A model generated the notes under the pieces. That model did not search any database, was not told the DNA's origin, and worked only from the letters and a program-made list of their open reading frames with translations. Source: an uncultured archaeon (GTDB lineage Archaea; Iainarchaeota; Iainarchaeia; Iainarchaeales; CSSED10-239). From it: a stretch of DNA of 28,797 nucleotides. The position numbers were made by a program, and so were the translations under genes. Below are positions 1 through 7,394 of this stretch, piece after piece; the first letter of the stretch is position 1; the number at the start of each line of letters is the position of its first letter. Location of the stretch: the NCBI GenBank assembly GCA_964463155.1, contig CAYXAY010000006.1:2346-31142 (forward strand), written 5' to 3'.

Positions 1-717
1 GTAATTGCAGAACTTGACAAAGAAGAAAACAAATTTACAACAGCTCTAGAAAACGGCATAAAAGAATTTAAAAGATTTACAGACTCTGAAATTGTTCTTT
101 CCGGAAAACACGCCTTCCTTCTTTATCAATCCTTTGGGTTTCCAATAGAGATGATACAGGAACTTGCAAAGGAAAAAGGAATAACTGTTGATATTGAAAG
201 CTTTAAAGAGCAGGAAAGACTACATCAGGAGCTTTCAAGAGTTGGAGCAGAAAAGAAATTTATTGGTGGCCTTGCTGAACACTCAGACATCACAACAAGA
301 TATCACACAGTAACGCACATCTTAAATCAGGCTCTAAGAAACATCTTAGGTAAAGACATAAGACAAAAAGGCAGCAACATAACTTCTGAAAGACTTAGAT
401 TTGATTTTAATTTTGATAGAAAACTAACAGATGAAGAGCTAAAAAAGATTGAATACAAAGTTAATTCTGTTATTGGTAAGCAACTACAAGTAACAAAAGA
501 ATCAATGACTTTAGAAAAGGCACTACAAAGTGGAGCACAAGCAGAGTTTGGGACAAAATACCCCGAGGTTGTGTTTATCTATTCAATTGGCGACTATTCA
601 AAGGAAATCTGCATGGGTCCACATGTTGAAAACACAAGCGAGCTTGGTCATTTTAAGATTACTAAAGAAGAAAGCGTTGCTGCAGGCATAAGAAGAATCA
701 AAGCAATACTTGAATGA
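1..717 (+). CDS. alaS: Alanyl-tRNA synthetase, 3' portion (5' end outside window); ends just after the editing domain
   Basis: Frame 1 is open from nt 1 (VIAELDKEENKF...LYQSFGFPIEMIQELAKEKG) and runs into the tracked ORF. It contains the AlaRS editing-domain zinc motifs HTVTH (HxxxH) and CMGPH (CxxxH), plus IRQKGSNITSERLRFDF and GIRRIKA signatures. Stop TGA at 715-717. Confidence 0.9.
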   Translation, partial: VIAELDKEENKFTTALENGIKEFKRFTDSEIVLSGKHAFLLYQSFGFPIEMIQELAKEKGITVDIESFKEQERLHQELSRVGAEKKFIGGLAEHSDITTRYHTVTHILNQALRNILGKDIRQKGSNITSERLRFDFNFDRKLTDEELKKIEYKVNSVIGKQLQVTKESMTLEKALQSGAQAEFGTKYPEVVFIYSIGDYSKEICMGPHVENTSELGHFKITKEESVAAGIRRIKAILE

Positions 718-726
718 AGATAAAAC

Positions 727-1794
727 ATGAAAAGGAAAAACTTCTATTTTTTTATTTTTTTGATGGTTTTAATATTCTTGCTTTTCTTTGCCTTGCTTTT
801 TTTTGATAATCAAAACTTAGTAACCATTGAGCGCGAACCGACTAAAACAAGCACCAACACACTAATTCTGGGACAACAAGAAAGTTCCCACGAGCCCCAA
901 GTATTCTTTTGTATAGAAGAAAATTGTAAAGAATTGATTGTTTCTTTAATTGAAGATTCAAACAAAAGCATTGATTGTGCAATCTATGACATTAGTTCAA
1001 GAGAGATTGTTGATGCATTGATTTCTGAAAAAAAGAAAGGTTCAGAAATTAGAATAGTAACAGACAAAGGTAGAAGCCAAACAAAAACAACCCTTGTGGG
1101 GGATTTGAAAAGCACAGGGGTTGATGTTTTGATTTCGCCATCAGAAAGTAGTTATATGCACAATAAGTTCTGTGTCTTTGATGATAACATTTCTCTAGTC
1201 GGTTCGGCAAACTTTACTGAAAATAGTTTTTCAAAAAGCCACAACAACATTTTAGTTTTCAAAGACGCGAAGTTTTCAAAAGAACTAACACAAAAGATTG
1301 ATTCATTTTATCTTGGGAACTTCTCAAAATTATCAACGGCCCTTGGGAAAACCTTTGATGATAACTTCTCGCTATTTTTTTGTCCAAACGACAATTGCAA
1401 GTATCAGATAATTTCTATGATTTCAACTGCAGAAGACTCAATTTCGTGCATGATGTATAGCTTTACTTTAGATGATTTTGGAGACGAGATGGTAAAGGCA
1501 AAGGAAAGGGGAGTAAATGTAAAAATTGTTTTTGAAAGCCAACAGATTAGCCAATACTCAGAATATCAAAAGTTAAAGGCAATGGGTGTTTATGTCTTTG
1601 AAGACAATTGCCCTTACTTGATGCATAACAAATATTGCATCTTTGACAACCAGATAATAACAACCGGTTCAATGAACTTTTCAATAAATGGCACAAACAA
1701 GAACGACGAAACCCTTATAATAATCAATAACCAAAAACTAGCAGAAAAATACACAGATAATTTTGAAAACTATCTAAACAATAAAGCAAATTAG
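727..1794 (+). CDS. Phospholipase D/nuclease-family protein with two HKD domains and an N-terminal hydrophobic anchor or signal
   Basis: Two complete HxK(x4)D(x6)GSxN motifs: HNKFCVFDDNISLVGSANF (His codon at 1159) and HNKYCIFDNQIITTGSMNF. The N-terminus FYFFIFLMVLIFLLFFALLFF is a TM or signal-anchor segment. The gene starts 9 nt after the alaS stop. Confidence 0.85.
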   Translation: MKRKNFYFFIFLMVLIFLLFFALLFFDNQNLVTIEREPTKTSTNTLILGQQESSHEPQVFFCIEENCKELIVSLIEDSNKSIDCAIYDISSREIVDALISEKKKGSEIRIVTDKGRSQTKTTLVGDLKSTGVDVLISPSESSYMHNKFCVFDDNISLVGSANFTENSFSKSHNNILVFKDAKFSKELTQKIDSFYLGNFSKLSTALGKTFDDNFSLFFCPNDNCKYQIISMISTAEDSISCMMYSFTLDDFGDEMVKAKERGVNVKIVFESQQISQYSEYQKLKAMGVYVFEDNCPYLMHNKYCIFDNQIITTGSMNFSINGTNKNDETLIIINNQKLAEKYTDNFENYLNNKAN

Positions 1795-1829
1795 TTTATA
1801 AATATTATCTATTCTATATTATATATTAG

Positions 1830-1903
1830 GGGGCTGTAGTGTAGCTTGGTTATCATGAGAGCTTTGGGAGCTTTTGACCCCAGTTCAAATCTGGGCAGCC
1901 TCA
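1830..1903 (+). tRNA. tRNA-Pro (anticodon UGG)
   Basis: Hand-folded cloverleaf. Acceptor GGGGCTG/CAGCCTC (one G-U). Anticodon stem AGAGC/GCTTT with loop TTTGGGA (UGG, G37). T arm CCCAG-TTCAAAT-CTGGG. Discriminator A, no encoded CCA. TATA-like tttataaata lies about 30 nt upstream. Confidence 0.85.
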
Positions 1904-1918
1904 CTTTCTTAAAAACAG

Positions 1919-2524
1919 GTGGTTGTTATAGCAGGCACAATAAAACCTAATTCTCAACTAGAGATTTTCTCAATTATAGAAAGAAAGAAAAGACAAGAAA
2001 TAAAAAAAAATCCAACTGCCATAAAGATATTAGATAATCAAAAAAAAGTTCAAAAAAAAATAAAAACATTCCAAGATAAGATAGAGCAAAATATCACAGA
2101 TTTAAATAATTATTTAGTAAAATTAGAAAATTCCGACAAATACAGCCCATATGTAGAAAAACAAATAATTGAAACAAAATCAAAATTAAAAATTAATTGG
2201 CTAGGAAATAACCTTATAAAAAAATTAAATAATACTTATTTTGAACCAATAGAAATTACAAATGACATAGATGTAAAACTAAATAAATATATATTTAACA
2301 GAAACTCCACAAATTCTAAACAAGATACAATTTTAGACAAAATCTCTGAGATAAATAAAAAGATGCAATCTGAAATTACAACTACTGAAAAAAGAGAATT
2401 GTTTTTGCAATTAATAACTAACATCCTTAGTCTACAAAAAACATTATACGACACTTATGTTTCTAGAAAATCAAAGATTGGACTTTTTAATGAATATTTC
2501 AAGAAGCTTTTGGAAGAATACTAA
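1919..2524 (+). CDS. Hypothetical Lys/Asn-rich, probably coiled-coil protein (non-ATG start)
   Basis: A 201-codon open frame in very AT-rich, stop-prone DNA is unlikely by chance. The only start candidates in the first ~148 codons are non-ATG (GTG at 1919). No motif recognised. Contains three A8-A9 runs (2002-2010, 2040-2047, 2052-2060). Confidence 0.5.
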   Translation: MVVIAGTIKPNSQLEIFSIIERKKRQEIKKNPTAIKILDNQKKVQKKIKTFQDKIEQNITDLNNYLVKLENSDKYSPYVEKQIIETKSKLKINWLGNNLIKKLNNTYFEPIEITNDIDVKLNKYIFNRNSTNSKQDTILDKISEINKKMQSEITTTEKRELFLQLITNILSLQKTLYDTYVSRKSKIGLFNEYFKKLLEEY

Positions 2525-2590
2525 AACGATTATTTTTAAACTATTATCCTAATAGATATTATAGTAAAAAATCTTTAAATATGAATATGC

Positions 2591-4054
2591 ATGGTATCAA
2601 GTGAAGAATATAAAATTGAAGACTTCAATGACTGGTTTAATGATATAACCCAAAAAGCAGAACTTGCAGATCTTAGATATAATATCAAAGGAATAGTTGT
2701 CTATAGACCATGGTCAACCTTTACTCTAAACAAAATGTTTAGATTGTTTGAAGACACCTTAGATTCCACAGGTCACCAGCAAGTAATCATGCCATTATTG
2801 ATACCAGAAGAGAATTTCTTAAAAGAAGCAGAGCATGTTGACGGTTTTTGTCCAGAGGTTTTCTGGGTAACTGAACACGGCACTGAAAAGTTTGAGCAAA
2901 AATATGCTCTGCGTCCAACATCAGAAACTGCTTTCTACTACATGTTTGCTTATTGGCTTGAAAGTTACAGGGATTTACCAATAAAAACATACCAAAGAGC
3001 AAACATCTTTAGATATGACACAAAACAAACTAAGCCATTCTTTAGGGGAAGAGAATTTTACTGGTTTGAAACACATAATATTTTTGAAACTGCAGAAGAC
3101 ACATACGCCCAAATTCTTCAAGATATGCAAATTACTGAAGAGATAATACATCTAGAACTTGGAATACCATTTATCTTTGTTAAAAGACCACAATGGGATA
3201 AGTTTGCAGGAGCAGAAGACACCTTTGCTGCAGACACAATGATGCCAAATGGAAAAGCTAGCCAGCTTGCAACAACTCATATTCTAGGTCAAAAATTTAC
3301 AACCACATTTAATGTTAAGTTTAGAGACAAAGACGAGGAAACAAAAATACCATACGGAACATGCTATGGTCCCGGAATAAGCAGAATCTATGGTAATCTT
3401 ATAGGAGTACATGGAGACAAGAATGGTTTAAGACTACCATTTGAGCTTACACCAATACAAATAATTATTGTCCCTCTTTACTTTTCTAGTCAAGACACCG
3501 AACAACTTGAAAAAATATGTTTAGATTTTGCAGTTGATCTTGATAAACTAGGCTATAGAGTAAAGATAGATGACAATAGAGAAAAGAAACCAAAAGAGAG
3601 GTTTTCCTTCTATGAGATGAAAGGAGTTCCTCTAAGAATAGAGATTGGTCCAAAGGATATTGAAAACTCCCAAGTAACATTATTTAGAAGAGACTTTAAC
3701 ACTAAGGAGAATGTTTTATTCACAGATTTATTTGAAGCCATTGAAAAGATTTCACGAGAGTTTACAGATAACCTAAGAACTCAAGCAGATGATTTCTTTG
3801 AACAAACATTATCAGAAGCAAGCACAAAAGAAGGATTGATAGACGAAATAAAAAAAGGGAAGTTTGTAAAAATTCCGTTCTGTTCAATAGATCATGATGG
3901 AAAATATTGCTATGACGAGCTAAAAGCAGCAACTGATGGTGCCGAAATCAAAGGAACAAGAGTAGACATTACAGAAACACCAGCGCTTGAAGAGCAATGT
4001 GTTATCTGTGGCAACAAGGCAAAGCACTATGTATATGTTGCAAGAAGCTATTAA
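2591..4054 (+). CDS. proS: Prolyl-tRNA synthetase, archaeal/eukaryal type
   Basis: 487 aa, class IIa aaRS. Signatures include YALRPTSET, FRGREFYWFETH and an anticodon-binding domain (PIQIIIVPL). The C-terminal Cys-rich domain (CSIDHDGKYC...CVICGNKA) ends in the terminal Tyr characteristic of this ProRS type. Confidence 0.93.
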   Translation: MVSSEEYKIEDFNDWFNDITQKAELADLRYNIKGIVVYRPWSTFTLNKMFRLFEDTLDSTGHQQVIMPLLIPEENFLKEAEHVDGFCPEVFWVTEHGTEKFEQKYALRPTSETAFYYMFAYWLESYRDLPIKTYQRANIFRYDTKQTKPFFRGREFYWFETHNIFETAEDTYAQILQDMQITEEIIHLELGIPFIFVKRPQWDKFAGAEDTFAADTMMPNGKASQLATTHILGQKFTTTFNVKFRDKDEETKIPYGTCYGPGISRIYGNLIGVHGDKNGLRLPFELTPIQIIIVPLYFSSQDTEQLEKICLDFAVDLDKLGYRVKIDDNREKKPKERFSFYEMKGVPLRIEIGPKDIENSQVTLFRRDFNTKENVLFTDLFEAIEKISREFTDNLRTQADDFFEQTLSEASTKEGLIDEIKKGKFVKIPFCSIDHDGKYCYDELKAATDGAEIKGTRVDITETPALEEQCVICGNKAKHYVYVARSY

Positions 4055-4069
4055 TTGTGATAAGGAAAA

Positions 4070-5812
4070 ATGAACTTTGATGTTATTTCTGAATATTTTG
4101 AAAAAATAAGCAAAACAACAAGTCGCCTAGAGATGACTGAAATTCTAAAACAATTGTTTAAAGAAACACCAAAAGATGAAATACAAAACCTAATCTATTT
4201 CTGTCAAGGAACATTAGGGCCAAAATACAAGACAAAAGAAATAAACATTGGTCAGTCTACTTTAATCTCTCTTGTCTCAGAGTATCTATCTTTACTTGAA
4301 GAAGAAGTAAAAAAAGAATTCTATTCTCTTGGAGACATTGGCTTAGTTGTTGAAAAACACCACTCCAAAAGAAAACAATCTGCTCTCTTTTACAAGCCTT
4401 TAGTCTTTAAAGAAGTTTTTGACACCTTTTTTAAAATTTCAGAAACAACAGGAACTGGTTCAACAGAAAAGAAACAACAATTATTCAAGTTTGTTCTTTT
4501 TAATTCAAGTCCAATTTCTGCAAAATATCTAGTAAGGTTTCCAATTTCCTTTAGACTTGGCTTTGGAGATTCAACAATCATTGATGCTCTTTCAAGTCTT
4601 TCAACAACAGAAGCAGAAGAGCAAAAAAAAGCAAAAGAAGAGATTACAGAAAAATATCTTTTACTTTCTGATTTAGGATTGATTGGAAAAATAATTAAAG
4701 AAAAAGGGATAAAGGAAATTGATTCTTTAAAGATAACTCCATTTATACCTATAAAATCTCAACTTTGCGAAAGAGCAGAAAGTCTTAAAGAGATTCATGA
4801 AAGACTAAAGACTCTAGTAGTTGACACAAAGATAGATGGCTTTAGGCAACAGATACACAAGAAAGGAAACGAAATAAAAATCTTCTCTCGCCAAGAAGAA
4901 GATATAACAAAGATGTTTCCAGATATCGTTGATGCTGTTAAAAAAATAAATCATGACTTTATTATTGATTGCGAATCAATATCCTATGATCCCATCCATA
5001 AGAAATACCACCCCTTCCAAACAACAATAACAAGGAAAAGAAAATATAACATAAGAGAGAAATCAAAAGAACTGCCTCTTCACCTAAAGGTCTTTGATTG
5101 TCTTTACCTTGATGGTAAAGACATTTATTATCTTCCATTTAGTGAACGAAGAAAACTTGTTGAAAAATATTTTTCTTACCCGCCAATAGTCTCTCCAACA
5201 AAGATCTTAATCACAAGCAAGCTTCCTGAGCTTGAAAAGTTTTTCAACCAGACCTTGGAGCAGGGTCTTGAAGGAATAATCGCAAAAGACCTTGAGTCAA
5301 GCTATAAAGCTGGCTCTCGTGGCTATTCTTGGATAAAGTTTAAGAAATCTTATAAAGGTTTAGAAGTCCTTGATACCATTGATGCTGTTATTGTTGGGGC
5401 CTTCTATGGCCAAGGAAAAAGAACAGACAAAGGAATTGGAGCGCTTCTTGTAGCACTTTACGATACAGAAGAAGACAAGTATTTCACTTTAGCAAAGATT
5501 GGAACCGGTCTCACCGACCAAATGCTTTTAGAACTTTCAGAAAAACTAGAATCAACAAAGCTTGAAACAAAACCAAAAAACCTAATAACAAACATAAAGC
5601 CAGACTTCTATGTTTATCCAGAAATTGTTATTGAAATCAACTACGATGAAATAACAAAAAGTCCAGTTCACACCGCAAGTTTTGATCCACAGACCAAGCA
5701 AGGTTTAGCTTTAAGATTTCCAAGACTGGTAAAAATCAGAACAGATAAAAGCCATGAAGACACCACAAACCAAAAAGAACTAGAAAAGCTATTTAGAATG
5801 CAAGAAAAATAA
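4070..5812 (+). CDS. lig: ATP-dependent DNA ligase (Lig1/archaeal type)
   Basis: 580 aa. Adenylation motif I KIDGFR (Lys codon 4829-4831), EGIIAK (motif IV-like), WIKFKK (motif V-like) and LRFPRLVKIRTDK (motif VI). N-terminal DNA-binding domain, then nucleotidyltransferase and OB architecture. Confidence 0.93.
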   Translation: MNFDVISEYFEKISKTTSRLEMTEILKQLFKETPKDEIQNLIYFCQGTLGPKYKTKEINIGQSTLISLVSEYLSLLEEEVKKEFYSLGDIGLVVEKHHSKRKQSALFYKPLVFKEVFDTFFKISETTGTGSTEKKQQLFKFVLFNSSPISAKYLVRFPISFRLGFGDSTIIDALSSLSTTEAEEQKKAKEEITEKYLLLSDLGLIGKIIKEKGIKEIDSLKITPFIPIKSQLCERAESLKEIHERLKTLVVDTKIDGFRQQIHKKGNEIKIFSRQEEDITKMFPDIVDAVKKINHDFIIDCESISYDPIHKKYHPFQTTITRKRKYNIREKSKELPLHLKVFDCLYLDGKDIYYLPFSERRKLVEKYFSYPPIVSPTKILITSKLPELEKFFNQTLEQGLEGIIAKDLESSYKAGSRGYSWIKFKKSYKGLEVLDTIDAVIVGAFYGQGKRTDKGIGALLVALYDTEEDKYFTLAKIGTGLTDQMLLELSEKLESTKLETKPKNLITNIKPDFYVYPEIVIEINYDEITKSPVHTASFDPQTKQGLALRFPRLVKIRTDKSHEDTTNQKELEKLFRMQEK

Positions 5813-5813
5813 A

Positions 5814-6542
5814 TTATTTAATTCTTTCAATAACTAATGTATTATATTTGTGTTGATTTAAAGAATAATCATCTCTTTCATAAAAACCGGTTTTAAATCC
5901 TTGCTTTTTTAGATGAGCAGTTATAAATTTTAACTGTGGATTGCCCTTCAAATAATCAACATTTAATAGCAATGCCCCACCAATTTTTAGAGAATAAGCG
6001 GATTTTAATATCATTTCTTTTCTATAATCTACTAATTCAGAAAAAGAAAAGTAAATCGCCCCATTTAAATCAACAATCAAATCGTATTTTTTATTTATAA
6101 TATGCTCTGTTGCAGGGAGATTTGTTCTTTTGTCAATAAGTTTTTTATTTTCTTCTGTAGCATTATCAAAGAGAGAAATTCCTTCAACTTTGCTTGGAAT
6201 TTTCTCGTAATTCAGTTGTTTTTTAAGTTCTGCTAAAAAATGCCCTTGCCCATAGCCAAGTTCTAAAACCGCAACAGATTCTTTTGTTTTTTTAAATCGC
6301 TTTTTAAGAAAATCAAGAAAATGATCTCCAAGCCCACTTTTTTTAAATCCGTATTCTAAATCTAAAATATAGTTTAAATATTTTCTATCAGTAGGCCAAT
6401 CATTCATTTCATCTATTTCTTTTCTTAACCTAATAAGTTTTTTATGATTTTCTAAATCTTTCTTTTTTTCAAGTTTTTTTACAATCTCTTTATTAAAATG
6501 AATAGAAACTTTTGTTGGAGGTCTGCTTTTTTGTACTCTCAT
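5814..6542 (-). CDS. Class I SAM-dependent methyltransferase, substrate unknown
   Basis: Motif I-like VLELGYGQGHF. Strong Shine-Dalgarno AAGGAGGT about 8 nt upstream of the ATG. Lies 25 nt downstream of the KaiC-like gene on the same strand, so probably an operon. Its stop is 1 nt from the ligase stop. Confidence 0.75.
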   Translation of the reverse strand: MRVQKSRPPTKVSIHFNKEIVKKLEKKKDLENHKKLIRLRKEIDEMNDWPTDRKYLNYILDLEYGFKKSGLGDHFLDFLKKRFKKTKESVAVLELGYGQGHFLAELKKQLNYEKIPSKVEGISLFDNATEENKKLIDKRTNLPATEHIINKKYDLIVDLNGAIYFSFSELVDYRKEMILKSAYSLKIGGALLLNVDYLKGNPQLKFITAHLKKQGFKTGFYERDDYSLNQHKYNTLVIERIK

Positions 6543-6567
6543 CCTTATACCTCCTTAATAAAAAGAA

Positions 6568-7287
6568 CTAGTATAGCTTAACAGCACTCCACATTACTTC
6601 ATCTCTTGGGTTAACTACAAGCCCTGAGTTTGTAATCTCACAAGGATGTATCGCTGGAGAATGCTTTGTTCCTCTTAGTTTCCTAACAAAAATACTTCTG
6701 TGTGGCGGAATAAAATACATTGCAAAGACCCCATCAACAACAAATTCTTCAACACCATAAGCAGAAAAGTCTCTTGCTCCGCCGGTTGTCTCAGCGGTCA
6801 TTAATGTTGTACAGTTTAAGTCTTTTAAATAATCTCCAAACCTAAACAAAAGGTTTCTAAGTTTGCCAGTATCGTTTATCCAACCTCCAAAAGCAGTGGT
6901 GGAGTCAACGGTTAATCTTGTTGCCCCTATATCTTTAACCATTGAAGAAATAATATCAAGTTCTTTGTCTATCTGTGATTCAACATCTTTTCTTGGATCA
7001 ATATGCATTCTATAAATCTTCATTAAGTTTTTCTGTTCAAGAGACCTAATATCCCAATTAAAGTTTTCCATGTTCCAAACAATGTTTTTAAGATTGTCTT
7101 CAACAGTAACATAAAGTCCAGGGTCTCCAAATCTTCTAGCCCCTTCATAAATATAAGTTGTTGCAAAAATGGTTTTACCGGAACCACAACCACCTGAAAC
7201 CAAAATTGTTGCTCCTTCAGGTATTCCTCCTTGTATCAATTCATCAAACCCAGTAACACCTGTTGTAACTCTATTCATTTTAAACAC
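6568..7287 (-). CDS. Single-domain KaiC/RecA-superfamily ATPase (KaiC-like / ArlH-like)
   Basis: Typical KaiC-domain layout: TGVTGFDELIQGGIPEGATILVSGGCGSGKT (Walker A), VED, RLTVDS (Walker B-like) and RKLRGTKH. The tracked start is GTG at 7287. An in-frame ATG at 7278 (MNRVTTG...) is an equally good or better start. Confidence 0.85.
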   Translation of the reverse strand: MFKMNRVTTGVTGFDELIQGGIPEGATILVSGGCGSGKTIFATTYIYEGARRFGDPGLYVTVEDNLKNIVWNMENFNWDIRSLEQKNLMKIYRMHIDPRKDVESQIDKELDIISSMVKDIGATRLTVDSTTAFGGWINDTGKLRNLLFRFGDYLKDLNCTTLMTAETTGGARDFSAYGVEEFVVDGVFAMYFIPPHRSIFVRKLRGTKHSPAIHPCEITNSGLVVNPRDEVMWSAVKLY

Positions 7288-7394
7288 CGTTTTTAGTCAT
7301 TTAATCACTAATTATATTTAGTATAATATATTTATATACCTATTGTTAATATTATTTTATAGGGGAAAATAATTAGAGGGAGATGTAGATATTT

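Noticed and set aside
1919-2524. Possibility that this AT-rich segment after tRNA-Pro is an integrated mobile element
   Set aside because: I could spot no integrase, no duplicated tRNA 3' end (attachment-site repeat), and flanking genes are tightly packed housekeeping genes. It is kept only as a low-interest note.
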